DNA from: Malacoraja senta
Lineage: Eukaryota
Length of the DNA stretch: 64,000 nucleotides
Assembly (NCBI GenBank): GCA_038087875.1
Contig: CM075977.1
Span: 16,988,001 to 17,052,000, forward strand
Direction of reading: 5' to 3'
Positions 10,101-22,005 of the stretch are shown here, in pieces (the first letter of the stretch is position 1; every line of letters starts with the position of its first letter). The translations under genes were made by a program, and so were the position numbers. The notes beneath the pieces were generated by a model. It saw nothing but the letters and a program-made list of their open reading frames with translations. It had not been told where the DNA came from and did not search any database.

Positions 10101-10537
10101 TCCATCTGTTCCCCATTCCCTATCACCCCCAATCCTCTTTCTCTATTAGCACACACGTGACGATGCCCTTCGACACAGGCTGTGGGGTGGGGGGGAGGGG
10201 CTGGGGCTGGGGCTGCTGCAAAGGCATATGTAAATGAATCCATTCCGATTGGACTTGTGTGAGGATCGGGCATTGTGACATCACACAATTGAAACTTCAC
10301 TAACATTCTATGGCTGAGAGCTGTTTGTTTAACATTTTGAAATGTTGGGGTGGGGGGGGGAGAAGTATTTTATTTTAAAAAGTGTACATAAACACGACGA
10401 AATTTAATCAGGAGTGGCTATTCGTAACGAAAAATGAAAATTGAAAACAATATCGGCGTTTCTGCATGCGGTGTGGGCGTAGGGCGGTATCAAAGGGGCT
10501 GGGTGGCACAAGTCAAGCAGGCGGATGGACGGATGGC

Positions 10538-10681
10538 NNNNNNNNNNNNNNNNNNNNNNNNNNNNNNNNNNNNNNNNNNNNNNNNNNNNNNNNNNNNNNN
10601 NNNNNNNNNNNNNNNNNNNNNNNNNNNNNNNNNNNNNNNNNNNNNNNNNNNNNNNNNNNNNNNNNNNNNNNNNNNNNNNNN
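10538..10681. other. Assembly gap
   Basis: Run of N. Confidence 1.
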
Positions 10682-12594
10682 NTAGTTTCGGGGAGGTGAA
10701 TAGACTACACACCAAAACCTCAAGCTGCCTTATGTGCATGATATAATTAACTATTATTTAACTGCATGCCTTGATTAAGTCTGTGGGGAAAGTATGCATA
10801 TGAGGAATTAATTTCTTACAATTTTCTGCACTGGCAGTACACTTGATCCTTTGTCTGCCATCTTTGATGATATTTTTGGTACTTTCTTAGTATCATCAGG
10901 ACAGTAACAAAATATTGCAAACAAAAGTAACCTGAATGCCACATATAGTAGACTGTAGAAAATCTCCAGCATAGTGTAACAGGAGAGAAAGTCATAGAAA
11001 ATCGTTTTGAATCTACTTGCTTTACAACTGCGTACAGGATCTCAGAGACTTTGCCACAGGAAACATCACAGGTGGACGTACCTTGAGTTTGCTGACATAT
11101 AGGCTAGTTTCAGTGTTACACTGATGCAATTATGAGATTACATCCAGGTGCAAACACCGAGAAAGTGAATGGGTAAAATACCTTAAAAAAACAAAACTTT
11201 TCGTTAAAAGGACACAATGCATTTTGAAAGTAATTGTGTTGTTGCTCTGATTAAAAAAATGTTTTAGTAGTCCAGTCACAAGGGCTGTGTATCAACCTGG
11301 GATATGTAAGTTCATGCAGAACTAAGTTGGTTTAGTATAGTATTTGTGCCTGTACTGCACTGCATAAACAACTAAAATATACATGTCCATATAAATTTAG
11401 ATATAACACACTATAACACACTAAAAGCATGTTGGATTTTCTTTTGATCTTCAGACTAGTATAAAAATAAATTTACTAGTCGTCATCAGTACTTGTGTAT
11501 TGGGTGGTGGAAAATTGCAGGCTTTACTTGGGTTGCCATAACTATTCTGTGCTTTCTTTGCTTCCATGCACTTTTATTCAATACAAATGTTAGGTATGAT
11601 GCTCTCAAGGCTTATCATAATGGAGTGTCTCCAATTGATTTTCTGTATAGACACCCAAGTACAAAGAAATCTGCAATGTGATATTTCTCTGGCTGTTTAA
11701 CAAAAAAAAACAACAAAGAGTTCCATGTAGTATCCTGTTAACCATTTATTTAATACCTTGCTTTAGTTTTGCTGATTCTAATGTGTTGATACCATGCGAT
11801 AGTTTAATTTGAGTGCAGTCTTACTTGCTATGTCACAGAGGAAAACATTTGGCCCATCATGTCCATGCCAGCTCCTAACAGAGCAATCCCATCAATTCTA
11901 TTTTCCTGTAGCCACGTAGTTTATTCTTCCTCACATGCCCATCAGTCTTCCCTTTGATTTGTTTGCCATTTACTTGCACTAAGGGGGTAATTTATAGTGG
12001 CCAATTAACCATCTTTAGACAGGGTTCCCTGAAACTAATAAATTCTCCATGATTTGGCCTGTAACCTCTGCTCTAGCTCTGCTCGGTTTCTTTTGTCGTT
12101 TTTTTGTAACAATGGATCTTGAAACTTGAAACCAGGCAGGAGCATCGTGCCAGGAGATGGCCTTGTGGCCACGAGCACCAAATTACATTTTTAAAAATAA
12201 CAAACTACAAACTTGCACTTCCTCCTTTAATCAATGTCGTGATCTCATTCAAGAGTCGAGTCAATTGTCATACACATGGAATTCCTACTTGATTTAGCCT
12301 TACAAAAACACTAAAAGCAACATTGCAACAGATATACTGTAGATGCAATAAATCAGCAGTTATTCTAGTAAACCAGACCAAGATAATGCAAGCCAAAGTG
12401 CAAACAGTGCAGAAGTGGTTTGTCAATAATGGTTTGGTGCTGAGGTAGAGTTGTGGGTCGGGTGCAGGGTGGTTCAAGAAGTTGTTTGTGACCTGAGGAT
12501 AAGGATTCTCAAGCTACTGTAGTTCCCGGTGGTAAAAGCGAGATAGGAGCGGGGGCAGGGAAGTGTGGGTTTTTGGACTGTCCACATAGCCTTA

Positions 12595-13215
12595 AGGGCC
12601 TGTCCCACATGGGCGTCATTTTTGCGTCATTTAAGCGACATCCTAAAAATTGGTTGGTGCGTCGTGATGCGCGCATGGCGCGTGGTGAGGCGTGGTGGTG
12701 TTTGCAATGACGCGCGGTAACACGCGGCGCCCCAGGATTTAGTAATGCTCAAAATCCTTGCGTGCCACCTGCATGACGTAACCATTGCGCACGCTGACGT
12801 ACTGATGGCATACGCTGACGTACTGATGGTGTGCGTATAGCGCTTGGTGACGCATGGTTACGGAAGGTGACGCACGAACATTGCCTGTGCTAATTTATTA
12901 TGCGTCACCGGTGCGTCAACGTCCGTAACCATGCGCCGCCCATACGCCGTCGGCGTGCCATTTGCGCGTCATTTGAGCGCCGCACCACGTGACCAACCGG
13001 GTATAAAGCGCTATTGTTCAAAATTGTTCACTGGGAAATTCCTTGCCACGGAGATCGGACTAAGTACGAACGACATCGCAAATGGCCCAAAAGAATCAGG
13101 GCCCTCAAGAGCACTTGTCGCGCGACTGTCGTACTGCTAGATGATTTTCGCGCGCAGTCACTACCGGCCTGTCGTGTAAATGACACGCAAATGACGCCCA
13201 AGTGGGACAGGCCCT
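12595..13215. mobile_element. PIF/Harbinger-type MITE, GC/CpG-rich
   Basis: TIR AGGGCCTGTCCCAC(A/T)TGGGCGTCATTT...AAATGACGCCCAAGTGGGACAGGCCCT; 3-bp TSD TTA at 12592-12594 and 13216-13218. Confidence 0.88.
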
Positions 13216-13723
13216 TTAAGGTGCCTCTGTGATAATGGTCAGTGGGAGGAAGCACTATTGCCAATTTGTACTGAATGAGATCTGTCAACTAATTCAAATG
13301 AATGGGGAGCATGCTCCATGAGCCAGCCATCCCGAGCTTGAAGATAAAAGGTCAGATGGGAAAAGCATCCCACTCCTCAACTCAGGTTATTTGTGCTCAA
13401 CCACTGGATTCAGTGCTGATTCCAAAAATGAAGCAGGAGATTGGATGTGCCAGCATATGACCTTTGTCTCATTTCTGGCCTATCTGCTCCAATGTGCAGG
13501 CACAGAGGTCAGATGGATTAAGCATAATCTGCTGATAAAATCAGGATGTGTACTTTTAGATTGGATATCCACAGTTAGGAGGATATACTACAGACTGATT
13601 GAAAAGTATCTCTGAAGACTTCCTTACAATTGTTTTGTTTGCTTGCATACCTTGCATACTTATGTTCCTAATATAAAAGCATCTTAAACACCACTATCAT
13701 ATTTGCTCCCACCACCAATTTTA

Positions 13724-15499
13724 TAGACAATAGACAATAGACAATAGGTGCAGGAGTAGGCCATTCGGCCCTTCGAACCAGCAACGCCATTCAATGTGAT
13801 CATGGCGGATCATCCCCAATCAGTACCCCGTTCCTGCCTTCTCCCCATATCCCCTGACATCGCTATATTTAAGAGCCCTATCCAGCTCTCTCTTGAAAGT
13901 ATCCAGAGAACTGGCCTCCACCACCCTCTGAGGCAGCGAATTCCACAGACTCACAACTCTCTGTGTGAAAAAGTGTTTCCTCATCTCCGTTCTAGATGGC
14001 TTACCCCTTATTCTTAAACTGTGGCCCCTGGTTCTGGACTCCCCCATCATCGGGAACATGTTTCATGCCTCTAGCATGTCCAAACCCTTAATAATCTTAT
14101 ATGTTTCAATAAGATCCCCTCTTATCCTTCTAAACTCCAGAGTATACAAGCCCAGCCGCTCCATTCTCTCAGCATATGACAGTCCCGCCATCCCGGGAAT
14201 TAACCTTGTAAACCTATGCTGCACTCACTCAATAGCAAGAATGTCCTTCCTCAAATTAGGGGACCAAAGCGGCACTGAATACTCCAGGTGTGGTCCACTA
14301 CGGTCCTATACAACTGCAGAAAGACCTCTTTGCTCCTATAATTAACTCCTCTTGTTATGAAGGCCAACATGCCATTTGCTTTCTTCACTGCCTGCTGTAA
14401 CTGCATGCTTACTTTCATTGACTGTGGAACAAGGACCCCCAGATCCCGTTGTACTTCCCCTTTTCCCAACTTGACACCATTTAGATAATAATCTGCCTTC
14501 CTGTTTTTGCTACCAAAGTGGATAACCTCACATTTATCCACATTAAACTGCATCTGCCATGCATCTGCCCACTCTCCCAACCTGTCCAAGTCACCCTGCA
14601 TTCTCATAGCATCCTCCTCACAATTCACACTGCCACCCAGCTTTATGTCATCTGCAAATTTGCTAATGTTACTTTGAATCCCTTCATCTAAATCATTGAG
14701 GTATATTGTAAATAGCTGCGGACCCAGCACCGAGCCTTGCGGTACCCCACTAGTCACTGCCTGCCATTCTGAAAGGGACCCGTTAATCCCTACTCTTTGT
14801 TTCCTGTCTGCCAACCAATTTTCTATCCATGTTAGCACTCTACCCCCAATACCATGTGCCCTAATTTTGCCCACTAATCTCCTACGTAGGACCTTATCAA
14901 ATGCTTTCTGAAAATCCAGGTACACTACGTCCACTGGCTTTCCCTTGTCCATTTTCCTAGTTACATCCTCAAAAAAATCCAGAAGATTAGTTAAGCATGA
15001 TTTCCCCTTCGTAAATCCATGCTGACTCGGACCGATCCTGTTACTGCTATCCAAATGTGCCGCTATTTCATCTTTTATAATTGACTCCAGCATCTTCCCC
15101 ACCACCGATGTCAGGCTAACTGGTCTATAATTCCCTGTTTTCTCTCTCCCACCTTTCTTAAAAAGTGGGATAACATTAGCTACCCTCCAATCCACAGGAA
15201 CTGATCCTGAATCTATAGAACATTGGAAAATTATCACCAATGCATCCATGATTTCTAGAGCCACCTCCTTAAGTACCCTGGGATGCAGACCATCAGGCCC
15301 TAGGGATTTATCAGCCTTCAGTCCCATCGGTCTACCCAACACCATTTCCTGCCTAATGTGGATTTCCTTCAGTTCCTCCGTCACCCCAGATCCTTTGGCC
15401 ACTAGTATATCAGGAAGATTGTTTGTGTCCTCATTAGTGAAGACGGATCCAATGTACCTGTTCAACTCATCTGCCATTTCCTTGTTCCCCATAATAAAT
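13724..15499 (-). mobile_element. CR1 subfamily 'B', 5'-truncated, RT region largely open, (TTGTCTA)n tail
   Basis: 413-aa RT frame 14251..15492 plus C-terminal frame 13820..14059; tagacaa x3 tail at 13724-13747. Confidence 0.95.
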
Positions 15500-15609
15500 T
15501 ATTTGGCATTTGTTTTTGAAACTACATGTCACTGTGTGAAAAACCTTGCGCTGCACAATTCCTTTAAAATAAATGCTATAACAGACATTTATTTTAATCT
15601 TTCCCACTC

Positions 15610-16340
15610 TTAACTTAAAACTATTCCCTCTACTCTTTCACATTTCCGTTCTGAGAAAAATAATCTATCTGTGTAGAAAAGAACTGCAGATGCTGGTTTA
15701 AATCGAAGGTAGATACAAAATGTTGGAGTAACTCAGCGGGACAGGCAGCATCTCTGGAGAGAAAAAATGGATGACAAACTGTAGAAGGGTCTCGACCCAA
15801 ACGCCACCCATTCCTTCTCTCCAGAGATGCTGCCTGTCCCGCTGAGTTACTCCAGCATGTTGTGTTTCATCAAAAGAATCTATCGATCTACCCTATCTAT
15901 GCCTCTCATGGCTTTATAAACTTCTATCAGGTTCCCCCTCAGCCTCTAACACTGTAAAGAAAATAATCCAAGTTTGTCCAGTCTGAGTGTATTGAGGTGT
16001 ACGAAGGGGCATGCATAAAATGAATGCTAAGAGACTTTTTCCCCCGGTAGAAGATTCCAAAAATCAAGGACACTGTCTTTAGCTGAAAAGGGAGATATCT
16101 AAATGGGATCTCAGGAACAACCGTTTCACTCGAAGGGTAGCCAGTATATGGAATGAGCTGCTAGAGGAAGCTATAGAAGTGGATACAATTATGAGTTAAA
16201 AGACATTTGAACAGATATATGGATAGGAAAGATTTAGAATACTATGGGCCAAATGCAGGCAGATAAGACTAGGGCAAGATGTCAACTTGGTTGGCATGGA
16301 CCGGGCAGGATGAAGGGCCTTTTTCTAGGACTATGGCTCC
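15610..16340. mobile_element. Two old CR1 3' fragments head-to-head (minus ~15610-15985, plus ~15990-16340)
   Basis: Motifs ctatctatgcctctcatg...tcaggttccccctcagcctc (minus copy) and tatatggaatgagctgctagaggaag...atgggccaaatgcaggcaga (plus copy). Confidence 0.65.
15671..15870. repeat. Palindrome of two inverted Penelope pLTR fragments, inserted in old CR1
   Basis: About 60-bp arms: tggagtaactcagcgggacaggcagcatctctggagaga versus tctctccagagatgctgcctgtcccgctgagttactcca; a degenerate hammerhead core lies in the loop. Confidence 0.85.
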
Positions 16341-18078
16341 CAGGATGCCAGAGCCTGTTGTTTAGCATTGATTCCTCTAGATGAGAGAAGTAATGTTGGC
16401 CTGGGAATTCATTTTTCTCAAAAAAGTTACTATTGAAAGTGTTTGTGTTAACAAATATTGCACAACTATATCCAAATAAGCTTTTAAAACCATGACCTTT
16501 TGCAGAGATATACATGTTATGCTTGAATATGTGCTTTGTTGGATTTCTTAAATTGACAGTGTTTGTCTGCCTCCAATGATTGAATGGGGTAGATCTCAAT
16601 GATGAGATCTAGTTTGTTGAGTGCAAAAATACCACAGCCAAATAAACCAACACGGAAGGGCATCAGAAGCTTTAGACTCAATAAATATGTAATTGATCTG
16701 CAAATTATTTGAGTGTCGGCTTGTTCTAGAAAATTGATTGAACCGTTAAACCTTAATTAATAAAATAAATGCTTTTAAGGCAGACATGCTACAATCTCCC
16801 CTCAGTGATAAAATTTTAATTTTAATATTTATTGTGGTGGTTTATCCATATGTAGAAAATGGTAACAATATATGGCTAGAGATTACCTACAGCTTGAGAC
16901 AAAACCTTACTATTGAACTTCTTAAGACTACTTAAAAATTTATACTATTTCAGTACAAACCCATCAATCAAATAAATCACAATCTGACCAATCTTGCCAA
17001 ATGTAATGTGAGCAATCTCTACATCATCAGAACAAAGCCATTACTCCTGACCAATCACTGTTAAATTGTCTGATCTCCCCTAATGTGACTTTGTCACTGA
17101 AGGACTGGGGCGCAATAGACAGTGAAGATGGTTATCAAGAATGACGGCAAGATCTTCGATCATTGGGGTAAGTGGGTCGAGGAATGGCTAATTTAGTTTA
17201 ATTCAAATAAGTGTGAAGTATTGCATTTCGGGAAGTTAACCAGGACAAGATCATCGCAGTGAACAGTAGGGCCCTGGGTAGTTCTGCAGGACAGAGGAAT
17301 CTAGAAATAGAAGTACGTAGTTCCCTGAAAGTTCTATCGCAGCACGATAGGGTTGTGAAGAAGGCCCTATAGTTTGGATGTTATGTTACAGTTGTACAAG
17401 GTATTTTGAGTATTATGTACAGTTTTGTTCACGCCGCTATAGGAAAGGTTTCATTAAGCTGGAACGAGTGCAGAAGATATATGAGGATGTTGCCAGTACT
17501 CTAGGACCTGAACTGACAGGAAAGGTTGGTCAGGCTATGACTTTATTCCTTGGAGTGCAGGTGGCTGGAGGGTGATCCTATAGAGTTGTATAAAATCATT
17601 AGGATTAATTGATAGAATGAACACACAGAGTCTTGAATGAGTGAATGAATGTTTATTGGCCAAGTATATTCACATACAAGGAATTTGCCTTGGTGCTCCG
17701 CCAGCAAGTGAATACATGACATACAGTGACAGTTAGATTGTCACATAAAACATTAAACATTAATAATAAAACATTATTGATTAAACATGTGAATTAAATG
17801 AAATACCAGAGCAAAAGGAGGCTACAGCTTTTTGGTTATTGAGTAGAGCTACTACTCGTGGAAAAAAAATGTTTTTATATCTGGCTGTGACAGCTTTGAC
17901 AGTCTGGAGTCGCCTTCCAGAGGGAAGTGATTCAAAGAATTTGTGGCCAGGGTGAGAGGGGTCAGATTTTTACCCACTTGCTTCCTGGCCCTTGCAGTGT
18001 ACAGTTCGTCAATGGAGGGAAGGTTGCAGCCAATTAGGCTGTGGGCCGAGCATCAAAAATGTGTCTAGAAATAGATTT

Positions 18079-18215
18079 NNNNNNNNNNNNNNNNNNNNNN
18101 NNNNNNNNNNNNNNNNNNNNNNNNNNNNNNNNNNNNNNNNNNNNNNNNNNNNNNNNNNNNNNNNNNNNNNNNNNNNNNNNNNNNNNNNNNNNNNNNNNNN
18201 NNNNNNNNNNNNNNN
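18079..18215. other. Assembly gap
   Basis: Run of N. Confidence 1.
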
Positions 18216-18978
18216 TCAATTTATTGTCATTATCTCATTTTAGAGACAACGAAATGGATTTTCCTTACAGTCAAGTAACATAAAAATAAATAATAAATAA
18301 ATAAACATTTATTTTTTTTAAATCACAAACACATAAGTCCACACACAACATAATCCCACAGCGGCACCAAAGTTAAGGAAGGTACCATAGTCCAGCCAGC
18401 CTCCCCGCCGATCTTCTCAGATGTTCACCCATAGTCGGGGCCTCCCGAGCACCCACAGTCGCCGACACGGGCGGCCCGATGCTCAGGCCCTCTCGCCGGG
18501 AACGGTAGAACCCCGACGCTGAACCCCGACGGAGAACATGATCAGCCACCTCCCACCGGAGTCCGCGGCTCCCGAAGTCCACAGGCCGAGCCGGGTGGAG
18601 TCGCAGGACTCCGCGATGTTGGTCAGCGCCGCCTGCGTTGGGAGCTCCGCGAACCACAGCTCCGCGCTGTCGGTGCAGCAGGCCCAGCACTCCGGAGCTC
18701 CAAACGGCGATCCCCGGTAAGGCATCGCCCGCCCCACGATGTTTCCAACGTTGCGCCGCTGCTGCCGGAGCGGAGGGGGGGGGGGGCGACTCGAATAATA
18801 GTCGCATCCTCTCAAGGAAGCGACTGAAGGACGGTATCCCCCTTACCGTACCCTCCTCCCCCACATAAAACATTTTTTTTTTAAACACAAAAAACGCTCT
18901 TCAAACATAACAAAAACATAACAAAAAAACAAAAAGATACCGGATTGAAGGCGGAGGCAGCTAGCAACAGCGCCACCG
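18216..18978 (-). mobile_element. Non-autonomous retroelement (GGTGGCGC head, T-rich tract, GC-rich body, LINE-type tail)
   Basis: Minus strand starts cggtggcgctgttgctagctgcctccgcc and ends catttcgttgtctc...atgacaataaa; same architecture as 21116-21854 and 52717-53252. Confidence 0.65.
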
Positions 18979-21115
18979 AGTGAGTGAGTGAATGAATGAA
19001 TGAATGAGTGAAGGAATGAGTGAATGTACAGCCTCCAAATCTCATTTTTTTCACATTATAAAGGTGCAATTAAATTAATTAAAGTGCATACAGATTAATT
19101 TTCATAAATTCAGACTTTAGATCTTACCTTTTCAGTTCCAGTTGATTCACAAAGTTTGACAGCAGCACCTCAGGCAGGGACATGGCTTTCAAGACTTTCT
19201 TCCACTTAGCTGTACATTCTTTAGACTTCTTCATGCTTTTCTCACTAAATTCGAATACCCTGCTGCAAGTTTCCACGACATGTATTCCACAGAACTAGAA
19301 AAAATCTTCATTGGAATCTCCAGTAAAACAGGCATCGGTGAAGCCCTCTCAGTGCTCCCTGCCTAGCTAGCCTGAAACAAAGCGCGTGATTGGCCAACTG
19401 GCATACAACTCAATGTTAAACGTGCTTTGATTGGACTAGAAATACCCGAAAATTTTCAGTTTTTTATCTAATTTAATGAAAATGTGCAAGTCTTGTTCAT
19501 GACGAGTTTCAGGGGTGATTTATATGATTTTTTTACACAATATGTGAACATTTCATGTAGTTTGGTGACTTGGGTCACGAAACACTGGAATAAAGCTCCT
19601 TGGCCCACAGCCTACCTTCTCAGCTGATCGGACGATTCGCTGCAGCCTCCGGATGTCGTGCTTGGTGGCTGAGCCAAACCAGACCATGATGGAGAAGGTG
19701 TGGACAGACTCTACGATGGCCTTATAGAATTGGACCAACATTGCCTGTGGCAGATTGTGCTTCCTCAGCTGCCACAGGAAGTACATCCTCTGTTGTGCCT
19801 TTTTGACTGTGGATTCTCTGGTAGCCCCCCATTTAAGGTCCTTGGAGATGATGGTTCCCAGGAACTTAAAAGACTCCACAGATGTGACTGTGGTGTTGTT
19901 GATGGTGAGTGGGGTGAGGGGAGAGGGAGCTCTCCTAAAGTCTACAATCAATTCCACTGCCTTAAGAGCATTGAACTCCAGGTTGTTGCGATGGCACCAG
20001 GACGCCAGCTGTGTCACTTCCTGTCTGTAGGCGGATTTCTCCCCATCCTGGATCAGTCCAATCAGGGTTGTGTCGTCCGCAAACTTGAGAAACTTGACAG
20101 AGGAGTCAGTGGAGGTGCAGTCATTGGAGTAGAGAGGGTAGGGGAGAGTACGCAGCCTTGCGGTGCTCCTATGCTGCGGGTCTGCGTTTCCGAGATGTGC
20201 TTTCCCAGCCTCACATGCTGCTTCCTGTCTGTCAGGAAACTGGTGATCCTCCAACAGAGGGGTTCAGGCACAGTCAACTTGGAAAGTTTGGAGTGTAGTA
20301 GCTCTGGCACAGTGGTGGTGATTGCAGAGCTAAAATCAACAAACAAAATCCTTGCATAGGTCTACTGGCAGTCGAGGTGCGGGAGGATGAAGTGCAGGCC
20401 CAGGTTGACTGCATCATCCACAGATCTATTTCCACGGTATGCAAACTGCAGAGGGTCCAGCAGGGGGTTTGTGATATTTTTCTGCTTAGCCAGCACAAGC
20501 CTTTCAAGGGTCTTCATGACTATAGAGGTCAGTGCGACAGGCCTGTAGTCAGTAAGACCAGTAATCCTTGCCTTTTTGGCTACAGGGACAATAGAGGAGA
20601 CTTTGAAGCAGGCAGGGACAGTACAGGTTTGCAGGGACTGGTTGAAAATGTCTGTGTAGACCGGTGCCAGTTGTTCGGCACAGAGCCTGAGAGTAGAGGG
20701 GGAAACATTGTCCGGTCCTGGAGATTTCCGGCTTTTCTGTCTTCTGAACAGCCTATCCACCTCCTCTATTTTTATTGTTGATGATGGAGAAGTGGCCAGA
20801 TTGATGTTGGGCAGCACAGAGGGGGTGGGTGGTGGAAGAGGCCGCAGTCTTTGGAAGTCAAGCTATAATTGGGTGTGAAGTGGTGATTGGGTAGGGGTGG
20901 GTGGGAAAGGGTCCAGTCTTTTCATGCTGGAGTCTTGCTTTAAGTATGTGTGAAGTGGTGATTGGGGAGGAGTGGTTGTAGAAGGGTCCAGTCTTTGCAG
21001 TAGATAGGGGAATCAAAAACTAGAGGACATATATTTAAGATGAGAGGGGAAAGATTTAATTGGGACAACCTTTTCCACACAGTGGGTGATACGTATATGG
21101 AATGAGCCACCAGAG

Positions 21116-21854
21116 TTCCTGACGGGTGGCGCCGAGAGTTGGCAGCCTCGCCAGCAGCTGTTCGTCCTTCCCACTTTTGTTTTTGTTTTTAGTATGTGTT
21201 TTAGTAAAGTGTGTTTTAGTGTGGGGGGGTGGGGCGGGAATTGGGAAAACTGTTTTTCATTCACCTACCTCGGTGGAATGCGACTTTTTTCCGAGTTGCA
21301 TTTCGCCCTCCCTCAAGGCCTAACAGTTTGGATTGGTGCGGCCTTTCCCGGAGTCGGGTCCAGAGCTTCAGCAGCGGGCGCAGCGCGGACTTTCCGTCGC
21401 GATGCCGGGCAATCCCTTGCCGGCGGTCGCTAGAAGAAGTGCTCCGATCGCTGGAGGAGCTTCTAGCTGCAGGCGCGGTGTGGACTTGAAGAGCTCCGAC
21501 CGTCGGTCTGCGGCCTATAACATCGTGAAGCCCGTAGGAAGCGGCCGATTTGGGACCTCCAAGCCGCGAAATGTCCGTCCGTCCTGACATTGGAGTTTCG
21601 AGAATCCTGACGAGAGGGACATCCGTAGCGGCGACTGCGGATGGTTCATGGCCCCAATCACGGATGAACAAAGGAGGAGGACTGACAAAGTTATTGCCTT
21701 CCACCACAGTGAAGAATGTTGATTCCACAGTGGTGGATGTTCATGTTATATTCTATTGTGTATTGTGCTCTTTTGTTTGTATGGCTGCATGGTAAATCAA
21801 ATTCCACTCTACCACAATTGGTGCATGTGGCAATAAATGTGAACTTGAACTTGA
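21116..21854 (+). mobile_element. Non-autonomous retroelement, same family group
   Basis: ggtggcgccgagagttggcagcctcgcc head; T-rich tract; CpG-rich body; gccttccaccacagtg motif; aataaa and (gaactt)n tail; inserted in CR1 between agag repeats. Confidence 0.75.
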
Positions 21855-21863
21855 AGAGGAAGT

Positions 21864-22005
21864 ATGTTTCTATTGGAATCAAGGGATATGGGGAGAAGGC
21901 AGGCACGGGTTATTGATTGGGGACGATCAGCCATGATCACAATGAATGGCGGTGCTGGCTCGAAGGGCCAAATGGCCTCCTCCTGCACCTATTTTCTATG
22001 TTTCT
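21864..22005 (+). mobile_element. Very short CR1 3' end
   Basis: GIKGYGEKAGTGY*, 3' UTR stem-loop and tttctatg tail; aagta on both sides. Confidence 0.85.

Larger units (their letters stand above)
8516..10537 (-). mobile_element. Probable non-autonomous Helitron (3' end at ~8516; 5' end lost in the assembly gap)
   Basis: The minus strand ends in hairpin GCAGACCC-AAC-GGGTCTGC followed by ACTTAGTCTAT (CTRR-like terminus, one mismatch) in an AT-rich site. The far end has a ggcggatggacggatgg microsatellite-like run as in Lep1/DINE-type elements. No TSD is visible. Confidence 0.55.
18037..19612. mobile_element. Unclassified TIR DNA transposon (non-autonomous, contains a gap)
   Basis: Ends GGCTGTGGGCCGAG...CTTGGCCCACAGCC (13/14 inverted match), flanked by TA on both sides. 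Removing the element plus one TA restores the Rex frame E-K-V-I-G-C-N-L-P. Confidence 0.8.
17635..20989 (-). mobile_element. Rex-Babar (Rex1-like) LINE, 5'-truncated, interrupted by a TIR element
   Basis: RT motifs YRPVALTSIVMKTLERL, DPLQFAYR, FVDFSSA, GAPQGCVLSP, KFADDTTLIG, FKFLG, KKAQQRMYFL; 3' tail with AATAAA and (CATT)n at 17635-17665; AGTCTT at both junctions (17629-17634, 20990-20995). Confidence 0.9.

Noticed and set aside
8955-10306. Long Pro/Ser/Leu-rich and Gly/Glu/Arg-rich ORFs
   Set aside because: They are translations of low-complexity polypurine tracts that lack stop codons.
12780-12830. CRISPR-like or other prokaryotic repeat array (acgctgacgtactgatgg x2)
   Set aside because: It is a simple tandem duplication inside a MITE, with no spacers, no cas genes and a eukaryotic context.
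10404-18283. ORFs containing X runs
   Set aside because: They are artefacts of the assembly gaps.
21125-21170. HDV-like ribozyme at the head of the Rex-tailed elements
   Set aside because: I could not build the nested double-pseudoknot pairings by eye.
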